A stretch of DNA of 64,000 bases from positions 21,682 to 85,681 of the forward strand of contig CBDDUX010000014.1 of NCBI GenBank assembly GCA_965234725.1. Reading direction: 5' to 3'. Shown piece after piece: positions 46,164 to 55,359 of the stretch. The translations under genes were made by a program, and so were the position numbers. Origin of the DNA: Thermoplasmatota archaeon (GTDB lineage Archaea > Thermoplasmatota > Penumbrarchaeia > Penumbrarchaeales > Penumbrarchaeaceae). Position 1 is the stretch's first letter. Every line of letters begins with the position of its first letter. The notes beneath the pieces were generated by a model. It did not search any database and was not told the origin of the DNA. It was given only the letters and a program-made list of their open reading frames with translations.

Positions 46164-46754
46164 CTACCAAGGTTCCTTCTTTACACCAATCCAGTATCCA
46201 ATATAGTTGGCGATAGTATGGGCGAGCCATGCTACAAAAAGGAATAACACAAGAGCGATCCATCCATTGTCAGCGATAAGGTCATCATACCACCATGGAT
46301 AGAAAGGAAGAATGAAGATCGCAGTCCCGATAAGGTAATCCCATTGATCGAGCAGAGGAGTTTTTGTCCCCCTGGGTCTTTTCAATGCTCTCTTGATGTA
46401 ACTGCCGATCATATCTCCGATCAAAGATCCCAATGCCATAGATGAAATTAGGAACAAAGATAGAGGAAACGGTCCCCAGAGGCTGTTTGAGACATCTGTT
46501 ATTCCCAGGAGATGAAGGACGAGAAGAAGGATCAATCCAAGTATTGTGGCACTTAAGGAACCACCTATAAAACCTCTCCAGGTCTTGCCATCTCCCAGAT
46601 ATCTTCTCCCGTCTTTTCTTGTTTTTCCGAAATCGACAGGTTTTCCCCCTCCGGTGAATGGTGCGAATGTATTTGCCGTCATTGCAGGTATCAGAATAAT
46701 GATGGTCCTCAACAGGTCTATAAGGACCGAGGCGATGTTGAGAGCGTCACCCAT
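46164..46754 (-). CDS. carS: CDP-archaeol synthase
   Basis: PAMTAN, PVDFG, GDGKTWRG, GDMIGSYIKR, PLLDQWD, GVKKEPW. Confidence 0.93.
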   Translation of the reverse strand: MGDALNIASVLIDLLRTIIILIPAMTANTFAPFTGGGKPVDFGKTRKDGRRYLGDGKTWRGFIGGSLSATILGLILLLVLHLLGITDVSNSLWGPFPLSLFLISSMALGSLIGDMIGSYIKRALKRPRGTKTPLLDQWDYLIGTAIFILPFYPWWYDDLIADNGWIALVLFLFVAWLAHTIANYIGYWIGVKKEPW

Positions 46755-46847
46755 GGTTTTGCGGGAGTTTTTACATATGATATAACCTTATTTATGCACC
46801 TCTCTGTTAGAAACGTTTAAAACCACCGAGATGATAACCTGAATTCG

Positions 46848-47435
46848 ATGGCTGACCCCAGGTTCCCGCCGGTTCAAGGTGGCCCCGCCAGACCAGGACC
46901 TTATTCCTCCAGAAGCGGTAAGATACCTCTTCTTCCAATTGCGTTGCTGGTTTTCTATGGTCTCTATATTGGGGTTTTGATCATTGCACCGGTCTTTTCC
47001 AAGGACTTTGAGGAGACCCTTGACGGATTCTTCCCCCCCAATTTTCGATTCATTGTAGGAGGGATATTGCTGGGAGTATTCGCTTTGATCCTGGTATTGA
47101 ACCTTCTGGACAGAAGCACCCCAAAAGGTCCTCCACAGATCAATAGAACTGTTCCGGCGAGCGAGGCAAATAAGTTCAAACCGGTACAACCAGCACAGGC
47201 AAGGATAGTTACCCCCTCCCCACAAACTTCTACATCCACTCAGGTCAATACACCTCAGGCTGCTCAAATGAAGAAGGATGGACCGATATCGATGCCCCAA
47301 CCTCCAAAGAAGACCATCGTGACTTATCCATCCGAAGTGGAGGGTGGGATATACGGTGAAACCTTTATAGAGCTGGGTCAGCAGAAGGTATTGAAGCTTA
47401 GGTCCATTGTGGTCGACGCCATATACCTGAACTGA
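46848..47435 (+). CDS. Hypothetical two-TM membrane protein
   Basis: Two hydrophobic helices, Pro/Gln linker, compact C-terminal domain (YPSEVEGGIYGETFI...KLRS). Confidence 0.65.
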   Translation: MADPRFPPVQGGPARPGPYSSRSGKIPLLPIALLVFYGLYIGVLIIAPVFSKDFEETLDGFFPPNFRFIVGGILLGVFALILVLNLLDRSTPKGPPQINRTVPASEANKFKPVQPAQARIVTPSPQTSTSTQVNTPQAAQMKKDGPISMPQPPKKTIVTYPSEVEGGIYGETFIELGQQKVLKLRSIVVDAIYLN

Positions 47436-47451
47436 TATCTTATGGAGTGTT

Positions 47452-50055
47452 GTGATCATGCCCTCAAAAACCGGCCTTCTCATGGTAATCGCATTCCTGG
47501 TCCTATGTATTTCAGTTGATCATGACACTGGAGCAGAGGGTTTTCAAACACTATCCCGGTTCACCTTTGATGTGGATGGGGACCTTATCGACGATTCGAT
47601 CTCTGGACCTGGGCCATTCCCTGTGATCATCCGTTTATCCGAGATGAAGGAATTGGATAATGTTGTTGATGCTGTGGAAAGGAATGGTGGAGAAATTCAA
47701 TCAAAGTTCAGTATCATAGATGGATTTACAGCCATCATTCCAAAAATGTGTGAGATAAAGAAGATCTCTTCCATGTATGGTGTTTCCGTAATAGAAGCTC
47801 AAAGGGAACTTGATTTCATCATGGATACTTCTGTTCCTTCAACAAAAGCCTCCCAATCATCAATATATTCCCCACAGACCGCCCATGATATTGGATACAC
47901 CGGCAAGGGTGTGACCATTGCTGTGATCGACTCAGGAGTTGATAATGAACACCCGATGCTTGAGGGAGCTTTCGTCGCCGGGGTGGATTTTACTTTGCCT
48001 GAATCACCATTAACACCAAGGGATGGAAGTTTTGATCCTGACGACAGGAACGGTCATGGGACAGGAGTGGCATCCATTGCATTGGGGCGAGAAGTAGATG
48101 GATTTGTTGGGGTTGCACCAAGTGCCGGATTGATAGACCTCAAAATGGGCACGAGTGCTCCAAGAGCATCGAATCCTCAAACAAGCGGTTTCCTTGATTC
48201 ACTACAATGGTGTGTTGATAACCAGGGGACTGATTGGGGTGATGGATATGTTGGTGTGGACATCATTTCACTTAGTCTTAGCATAGGTCCTCCAGATGGG
48301 GCCAATGCCATTGCAGTTGATAACGTGGTCAAAGAAGGTATTGTCGTCATCCAGGGAGCGGGCAACTCTGCAGGTCCATATGAGGACCAGACAGATACCT
48401 CCTGGCCTGACGGATCGATCATCGTTGGTGGTATCGATCATATGGGTACCGTGGATAGGTCTGATGATATTTTCTGGTCAGGATCCACCTCAGGTCCCAG
48501 GATCGATGATGGTGATGAGGATAGATTGGATGAACTGAAGCCTGATCTGACCGCCCCCTCCGTTGATCTTTCCTTCGCTTCCCACTCAACAACATCCAAT
48601 CTTCAAGGTGCTTCTGGAATGTCCTCTGGTTCCGGAACTTCATATGCCACACCCCACGTATCAGGCGTGGTGGCCTTGATGATGGAAGCAAATCCTTCCA
48701 TCAGACCAGACTCAGTTAGGAACCCTGTAAAGATGATACTCCATCAATCCTCGGAGCCAAGGGGAGATCCGACATTTCCGGAGCTTTCCCCCTCATACAA
48801 TGCAAATTATGGTTGGGGTATCCTTGATGCATACCAATCGGTGATATCAGCCAGGTCCTATACTGACACCAATCACAGACCCGTCATCACTTCCTTCACC
48901 GTTAATCCTAAGACCATTACAATCGGATCGACCGCAACCTTAACTGTTACCGCTACCGACATCGATGAGGACCAGTTAAGTTACACATTGGAGATAGATG
49001 ATGGGTCAATTACCGGTTCCGGACCAACATGGCAGTGGACAGCACCAGATGAGGCTGGAGGCTATTCCTTCCTTGTTACGGTCATGGACCCTTCTGGAGC
49101 TTCAGACCAAAAACGGACAAATGTAGAAGTAACAGAGGGGATTCCCAACAGACCCCCTGTAATAACATCATTCAATGCAGATGACCGGAGTCTGAGTATA
49201 GGAGGGTCCACAAAGGTGACAGTCGTTGCTTTCGACCAAGATGATGACCCCCTTGACTTCGAGTATTACACCATTACCGGAACAATAACCGGACAGGGTG
49301 AGGAAGTGACCTATACGGCCCCCTCCCTCCCAGGAACAGATACTATAACCGTCATCGTATCGGATCCATCCGGGGCTTCTGACCAAAGGGACCTTACAAT
49401 TACAATTATGAAGGACATCACCAATTCTCCTCCTTCTATATTGCTCCTTGACATCGAACCCGGAGAGGTGACCTCAAACAACACTGGATCAGATGTTATC
49501 CTCACTGCCACCATTGATGATCCAGACGGATACAACGATATCGATCTTGTCCTGGCTGACCTCAGCAGACTTGGTGGGTCAGATGGAGAAAGGATGTTCG
49601 ATGACGGCAACTACCCGGATAACATCTCAAATGATGGTGTCTTTTCACTTCAGGTTCCGCTTCCCCAGACACCTCTGAACGGGATCTATTCCATTGAGGT
49701 CAGTGTTTATGACTCCGGTGGAGAGTCTGCAATTGACACCATAGACCTTGTGATAGACATACTTTCGGCCGGTGATGTAAGTTCCAGCGTCTCATCTGGT
49801 CCTGACCTCCTGATGATATTCTCTTCTCTTGGTGCAGTCCTTATTATTATGACGATCGTAGTAGTCTTTTTAATTTCAAGGGGTAGAAAGAAGAAAGGCC
49901 AGCTCACTCAATATGCCCAGCATCCTTACTATGCTCAGGTAAGATACAGGCCTTCCTCACCACCATCTATTCAGAATCCTTCCCAAACAGCTCCGATCCA
50001 TGTAGGTCCTTCCTCCCAGGCCCCACCCAAGTTCAATGTTGTTTCCGGTCGATGA
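47452..50055 (+). CDS. Membrane-anchored S8 serine peptidase with Ig-like domains
   Basis: VIDSGV, GHGTGVAS, GAGN, SGTSYATPH; N.PP.I repeats; C-terminal TM. Confidence 0.9.
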   Translation: MIMPSKTGLLMVIAFLVLCISVDHDTGAEGFQTLSRFTFDVDGDLIDDSISGPGPFPVIIRLSEMKELDNVVDAVERNGGEIQSKFSIIDGFTAIIPKMCEIKKISSMYGVSVIEAQRELDFIMDTSVPSTKASQSSIYSPQTAHDIGYTGKGVTIAVIDSGVDNEHPMLEGAFVAGVDFTLPESPLTPRDGSFDPDDRNGHGTGVASIALGREVDGFVGVAPSAGLIDLKMGTSAPRASNPQTSGFLDSLQWCVDNQGTDWGDGYVGVDIISLSLSIGPPDGANAIAVDNVVKEGIVVIQGAGNSAGPYEDQTDTSWPDGSIIVGGIDHMGTVDRSDDIFWSGSTSGPRIDDGDEDRLDELKPDLTAPSVDLSFASHSTTSNLQGASGMSSGSGTSYATPHVSGVVALMMEANPSIRPDSVRNPVKMILHQSSEPRGDPTFPELSPSYNANYGWGILDAYQSVISARSYTDTNHRPVITSFTVNPKTITIGSTATLTVTATDIDEDQLSYTLEIDDGSITGSGPTWQWTAPDEAGGYSFLVTVMDPSGASDQKRTNVEVTEGIPNRPPVITSFNADDRSLSIGGSTKVTVVAFDQDDDPLDFEYYTITGTITGQGEEVTYTAPSLPGTDTITVIVSDPSGASDQRDLTITIMKDITNSPPSILLLDIEPGEVTSNNTGSDVILTATIDDPDGYNDIDLVLADLSRLGGSDGERMFDDGNYPDNISNDGVFSLQVPLPQTPLNGIYSIEVSVYDSGGESAIDTIDLVIDILSAGDVSSSVSSGPDLLMIFSSLGAVLIIMTIVVVFLISRGRKKKGQLTQYAQHPYYAQVRYRPSSPPSIQNPSQTAPIHVGPSSQAPPKFNVVSGR

Positions 50056-50776
50056 CATTCTTTCTCTTGTAATCCATCGCCCGGGAGAAAGTTCCCATAA
50101 GAGAATTGAACTCTCTATAGTTCATCGAGGATCTGGAGATCATTCTTCTGAAATTCGTTCTTGCTATGGGTTTCTTATGATCTGGAACATTGGATACTTC
50201 CATTAATCTGTCATAGTGTTCCAATAAAGTCCTTTTCTCTGTTCCATTTATCGTTCTTGCGTTTCTCCTATATTGGAGATCCTCATCTTTGAAGAGCTCA
50301 TATAGGATGACTCCAACCGAGTGTGAGAGGTTTAGGATAGGGTAATCCGGATTTGCTGGGATGGTTACCAACTGATCACAGATATCCAATTCATCGTTCA
50401 TCAATCCAAAATCCTCTCTACCGAATGCGAGTCCTATCCTGCCTGATGTCATTCTTGTCCACCTCACAAGCTCTCCCGGAAGGATCGGATTTCTGTGATA
50501 GTTCTTCTCCGTTGAATCGGATATTCCCGAAGTTCCAACTATCGTATCCACAAGTTCAGTGGCTTCTTTGAAGGAAGATATGATAGTAGCACCGTCTAGA
50601 ATGTTCCTGCCATGCATTGAATAGGCAATGGTCTGATCACCGAATTCTGGAGGATTTACGAGGATTAGTTCCTCAATGCCGAAGTTCCTGCAGAGCCGTG
50701 CTATTGACCCAACATTTCCTTCGTATTTAGGTTCCACAATTATTGGAACAAACCTCGACATATGATCCAGTTCCAC
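50033..50776 (-). CDS. trmJ: SPOUT tRNA methyltransferase (TrmJ/TrmH group)
   Basis: VEPKYEGNVGSIAR, FGREDFGL, TIPANPDYPILNLSHSV. Confidence 0.88.
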   Translation of the reverse strand: MELDHMSRFVPIIVEPKYEGNVGSIARLCRNFGIEELILVNPPEFGDQTIAYSMHGRNILDGATIISSFKEATELVDTIVGTSGISDSTEKNYHRNPILPGELVRWTRMTSGRIGLAFGREDFGLMNDELDICDQLVTIPANPDYPILNLSHSVGVILYELFKDEDLQYRRNARTINGTEKRTLLEHYDRLMEVSNVPDHKKPIARTNFRRMISRSSMNYREFNSLMGTFSRAMDYKRKNVIDRKQH

Positions 50777-50834
50777 ACCACCTTCCCTCCTGAACCGTAT
50801 AAAGGTATATTTGTTTCACCTCCATTCGGGTAAC

Positions 50835-51665
50835 ATGAGGTATGCTCTCAAGATCGGGTATGACGGTTCAAGGTTTCACGGGTCCCAGAGGCAAGCGGAA
50901 GATGATATCCTATCGGTTGATGGGGTCATAGTAAATGCTCTCAGGACCATTGGTGAATATGAAATTGGCAAGTGGCCTATTGAGTTCGCATCCAGGACGG
51001 ATGCTGGAGTATCCGCATTGGGAAATGTGATCGCTCTGGAAACCGAAATGGAGATATCTGAGCTTATGAGGGCATTGAATGCAAATATGGACGGGGTGTG
51101 GTGTATCGCTTCTGGAAAAATTAGGGATCATCAAAATGTTAGGTGGGCAAATTCCAGATGGTACAGATATCATTTGAAACCGGGTGAAATAACATCTGAA
51201 GATCTGAAGGGTCTTGATTCGGCAGTGATGGAATTCGTTGGTTTCCATGATTTCACACATTTTTGCAGACTGGAGGATGGAAAGGACCCAAAAACCCACA
51301 TCCAAAGGGCAAAAGCTGTGGACCTCGCGGGCAATGGGGAGATGGTGGTAATAGATATTGTTGGGGATAGATTTCTCTGGAATCAGATACGGAGGATGGT
51401 TGGAGCTGCTTTGCGAGTTACCCATGGTCAGATGGATATTGAGACCCTGAGGATCCTTCTGAGAGGTGAGTCAGCCCCAGAGAAGGATAGGATAAGGACT
51501 ATGCCCCCAACAGGGCTTGTCCTTATGGATGTAAACTTCAAGGATATTGAATTCGAGATCGATCCTGAGGCTATTGAAATAGCATTGAATCGTAATTCGC
51601 AATCATCCTGGGAGGCTTCAGTCAAGGTATTGCTCCATTCTGCTCTCAGATCATTAAAGGGTTGA
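50835..51665 (+). CDS. truA: tRNA pseudouridine(38-40) synthase
   Basis: YDGSRFHGSQRQ, ASRTDAGVSA, GFHDF, FLWNQIRRMVG, GLVL. Confidence 0.93.
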   Translation: MRYALKIGYDGSRFHGSQRQAEDDILSVDGVIVNALRTIGEYEIGKWPIEFASRTDAGVSALGNVIALETEMEISELMRALNANMDGVWCIASGKIRDHQNVRWANSRWYRYHLKPGEITSEDLKGLDSAVMEFVGFHDFTHFCRLEDGKDPKTHIQRAKAVDLAGNGEMVVIDIVGDRFLWNQIRRMVGAALRVTHGQMDIETLRILLRGESAPEKDRIRTMPPTGLVLMDVNFKDIEFEIDPEAIEIALNRNSQSSWEASVKVLLHSALRSLKG

Positions 51666-51750
51666 TCCTATCAGAATTGGCTCCAACTCCATTTTATTGT
51701 CCGACCACAAATCCAATAATATAGTTGTAACAACCTTGACCGGTGAGAAC

Positions 51751-53199
51751 ATGAGAGTTGAGATCTCCATAATCATGGTATTAATTATACAGGCCTGTTT
51801 GGTTGCAGGCATTGTTGAAGGAGAGGAGGACAACGGCAATCCCGATTTCATTAAGTTCGATCCCATAACCATTAACGGTGAGGAAGATCTTACCGCTGAA
51901 AACGGTATTGTTTCAGGATCTGGAAGAGAAGATGATCCCTTTCTTGTATACCGATGGTGGATCAATGTATCATCAGGTACAGGAGTGATCCTGGAGAATG
52001 TGACCTCTCATCTCCTCATTTATGAGGTCGCTGTGACCCATTTTCTGGACATCGGGGATCCTTTGAATGTTACAGATTCTGGAATACTCATCAAGAATTG
52101 CTCAAATATAAGGATAGAAAGGTCCTATATCTATTACTTCAACATAGGTCTGGAGATCATCGGATCTGATAACATCCGTGTCCACGATTCCTCGTTCATC
52201 GAGAACCATAACGGAATAATGATGGAGGCAGATAATTCTTCAATTACTGGATGCATATGCTCATATAACACCCGATATGGGATCTTCATCAACAATTCGG
52301 ACCACCTGGTCCTAAGGGATGTCCTTACGGATGCAAATTCATTCACTATAGGTCAGGGAGCAGGCGTACAATTGATAAATTGCTCGGACATTATTATGGA
52401 GGAATGTTTTGGCACCCTCAATTATGGAGATGGGATAAGTGTGATAGGGTCCTTGGATGGTTCCATCCGAGGGAGGGACCTTTTAATATCCAACTGTTAC
52501 AGTGATTCGAATATCAATGGGATACTGGTTTCAAATATGGATAGGGTGCGGATAGAAGATACCAGATTCAGATACAATTCATATGGTGTTAACCTCCTTC
52601 ATGTAACTGATGCCAGTATCAAAGGATCGTTCTTCTACAAGAATTCTTACGGTTTTGTTGGAAATCACCTCTCAGGATCACTTGTAGATGGAAACAGATT
52701 CGAATCCAACGATAACGGCCTTGTTCTTGATACATCTCTTGGGAACAAAGTAATGGACAACTATTTCGTCAATACGACCAAGGAAGCAGTCAAGGTAGTA
52801 ACCACTAAACACATTTCATCCCCGTTGGGTCAAAATGTCATTTTCAGGAACACTTTCGAAAACAACAACAATAATGGCGATCAAGCAATAGATGGAACAG
52901 ATACAACACGTTGGTCCGAAGAAGGAATGGGGAATTATTGGTCTGACTGGCAGGGGAAAGATACTGATATGGATGGTGTTGTAGACCGAGCGAAAGAATT
53001 GTTAGGTGGTGCAATAGACCCCTATCCACTACTCTTCACAACTGATCCAGAGAATAGAAATGAGGCTGAAATGGATATTACCGAGGCTTCTGAAGAGAGG
53101 GGACCTGAATATTGGATCGTCGTCTCCATTTCAGCAATAACATCCATTTTCATAGGAATGATCATCTTGTATAATCGGAAATCAGCGAGGAAGCGATAA
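51751..53199 (+). CDS. NosD-like right-handed beta-helix surface protein
   Basis: GSG..DPF, N..GI repeats, GNYWSDW, DPYPL, C-terminal TM; GGTGA RBS. Confidence 0.85.
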   Translation: MRVEISIIMVLIIQACLVAGIVEGEEDNGNPDFIKFDPITINGEEDLTAENGIVSGSGREDDPFLVYRWWINVSSGTGVILENVTSHLLIYEVAVTHFLDIGDPLNVTDSGILIKNCSNIRIERSYIYYFNIGLEIIGSDNIRVHDSSFIENHNGIMMEADNSSITGCICSYNTRYGIFINNSDHLVLRDVLTDANSFTIGQGAGVQLINCSDIIMEECFGTLNYGDGISVIGSLDGSIRGRDLLISNCYSDSNINGILVSNMDRVRIEDTRFRYNSYGVNLLHVTDASIKGSFFYKNSYGFVGNHLSGSLVDGNRFESNDNGLVLDTSLGNKVMDNYFVNTTKEAVKVVTTKHISSPLGQNVIFRNTFENNNNNGDQAIDGTDTTRWSEEGMGNYWSDWQGKDTDMDGVVDRAKELLGGAIDPYPLLFTTDPENRNEAEMDITEASEERGPEYWIVVSISAITSIFIGMIILYNRKSARKR

Positions 53200-53257
53200 T
53201 AGCCAATCCTTAGAGAGTTAGTATTATCCATAAGAAGGGCAATGCACCACTGAGACT

Positions 53258-54769
53258 ATGCTGGAAGAACTTGACGATTTCAAAGGAAAGACGATACCTC
53301 AATTCAATGAAAGGATCAATGATCTCTCTTTGAAACTTGGAGTCCTTCACAGACAGACAAAAGAAATGGGCATACCAATTATGATGGTGTTCGAGGGTTG
53401 GGACGTATCGGGTAAGTCATCAAGCATTAACAGTATGCTGATGGCCATGGATCCCAGGAACTACATGACCTATCCGATAAGAGCTCCAACAAAAGAGGAA
53501 GCCCTTAGGCCGTACCTCTGGAGGTTCTGGATCAAGACTCCGAAAAGGGGAAATATTTCTATCTTCGATAGGTCCTGGTATACAGGTGCGATCGAGGATA
53601 GGGTAAATGGGGATATCTCTGAAGGCGAACTCGAAAAGCTCCTTTTTCATATGAACTCCTTCGAGAGACAGCTCAGTGATGATGGTACATTGATCATCAA
53701 GTTCTTTCTCCATCTTTCCAGCGATGAACAGGAGAGGAGGTTAAGGAAGCTGGAGAAAGAACCACTAAGTCCCTATAGATATCTTCCAGATCACTGGGAA
53801 AGACACAAACATTACAATGAATACCGAAAATTATACGAGAAGATGCTGGAGAGAACATCAACTGAATGGGCACCCTGGAAACCTCTTCCAGCAGTGGACC
53901 CGGATATGACAAGTCTTGAAATTTTCAGGACAGTGACCTCAATAATGGAGAGAAGAAGAACAGAGATATTGTCGAACAAAGCTGATGGTCTTCCAGGATT
54001 CGAAAGAACGGTTAAACTCAAAGGAAAAGTGCCCGATATCATAAGTAAAATGGACCTATCCAAAGAAATCGGAAAGAAGGAATATTCGGAGAAATTAGAG
54101 AAATTACAAGGAAAGTTGATGGAACTTCAAACTGAAGTATACAAGAGAAAAGTTCCGGTAATGATCGTATATTCCGGTGTTGATGCTGCGGGGAAAGGAG
54201 GGAATATTCGTAGATTGGTACAAAAATTCGATCCAAGAGGTTACAAGGTCATACCTATAAGTGTCCCTACGGATGAAGAGCTCTCACATAATTATCTCTG
54301 GAGGTTCTGGAAAGAACTTTCTCAAGCTGGTAGAATTAACATATTCGACAGGTCCTGGTATGGTAGAGTATTGGTGGAGCGGGTGGAGGGACTCTGTTCA
54401 GAACAGGAATGGAAAAGGGCTTATAAGGAGATAAATGAAATGGAAGAGCAATGGTTGGATTTCGGTGCTGTTATTGTTAAATTCTGGCTTCAGATAGACA
54501 AACAAGAGCAGCTGAACCGGTTCAATGAGAGGATGAACAATCCCTATAAAAGATGGAAGATCACCGAGGATGATTGGAAGAACAGAGGTAAATGGGACAG
54601 GTATCTGGAATGTGAAAATGAGATGATATTCAGGACCAATACAAAAGGAGCTCCATGGACATTGGTGGAGGCGAATTCCAAGAAATATGCAAGGATAAAG
54701 ACATTATCCACGATAGTACATTCCATTGAAAAGAAACTGAAGGACCTTGATAAAAAAAGATCTTCATGA
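53258..54769 (+). CDS. Two-domain PPK2 family polyphosphate:AMP phosphotransferase
   Basis: Duplicated G.D..GK...I, DPR, LWRFW, IFDRSWY, KF.L motifs. Confidence 0.9.
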   Translation: MLEELDDFKGKTIPQFNERINDLSLKLGVLHRQTKEMGIPIMMVFEGWDVSGKSSSINSMLMAMDPRNYMTYPIRAPTKEEALRPYLWRFWIKTPKRGNISIFDRSWYTGAIEDRVNGDISEGELEKLLFHMNSFERQLSDDGTLIIKFFLHLSSDEQERRLRKLEKEPLSPYRYLPDHWERHKHYNEYRKLYEKMLERTSTEWAPWKPLPAVDPDMTSLEIFRTVTSIMERRRTEILSNKADGLPGFERTVKLKGKVPDIISKMDLSKEIGKKEYSEKLEKLQGKLMELQTEVYKRKVPVMIVYSGVDAAGKGGNIRRLVQKFDPRGYKVIPISVPTDEELSHNYLWRFWKELSQAGRINIFDRSWYGRVLVERVEGLCSEQEWKRAYKEINEMEEQWLDFGAVIVKFWLQIDKQEQLNRFNERMNNPYKRWKITEDDWKNRGKWDRYLECENEMIFRTNTKGAPWTLVEANSKKYARIKTLSTIVHSIEKKLKDLDKKRSS

Positions 54770-55147
54770 TTGGATCAACTCAATCAATGTCCCATCCGGG
54801 TCCTCGATAAATGCCAACCAGTTTCCGGGTGAAAGTTCAAAAGGTTCATCTGTGACATTATATCCTGCTTCCTTGATCCTTTCAACAAGACCTCTAAGAT
54901 CTTCGACCTTAAAGGCAAGGTGGTCGAAGGTCCTCTTCATGTATTCCGCCTGTTGGTAATCCGACTGATCTTTGTAATGGGTCAATTCAAGGGAAAACTC
55001 GCCACGGTGATCTTTTAAGAAAGCTACTTCGGCTCTATTTTGAGGTATCTCTCTTCTTCTCTGGAGGACCATCCCTAAAATATTGGTGTAAAAATCCAAG
55101 GTTCTTTCCATATCAGAGGCTCTGATCGAAACGTGAGCAAAGGTCAT
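54764..55147 (-). CDS. VOC family protein (lactoylglutathione lyase-like)
   Basis: HVSIRASD, FYT.ILGM, LELT, FDHLAF, AFIEDPDGTLIELIQ. Confidence 0.88.
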   Translation of the reverse strand: MTFAHVSIRASDMERTLDFYTNILGMVLQRRREIPQNRAEVAFLKDHRGEFSLELTHYKDQSDYQQAEYMKRTFDHLAFKVEDLRGLVERIKEAGYNVTDEPFELSPGNWLAFIEDPDGTLIELIQS

Positions 55148-55359
55148 GATCACCGGATCAGTTTTACATTGATAACAGTTTTCTAACAGCAATCGAACTT
55201 TTAATCAGTTTAATGGTAGATCGATCTGTTTAATATTGACCAAATCTTATAGTTTCACGTGCAAAATCCGTACAAAAGAGGTTAAATAAAATAAAAAAGA
55301 CCTACAATCTCATTAATATACTTACGGTCTTGTTTTGACTTAATACTAAAGATGGATGG

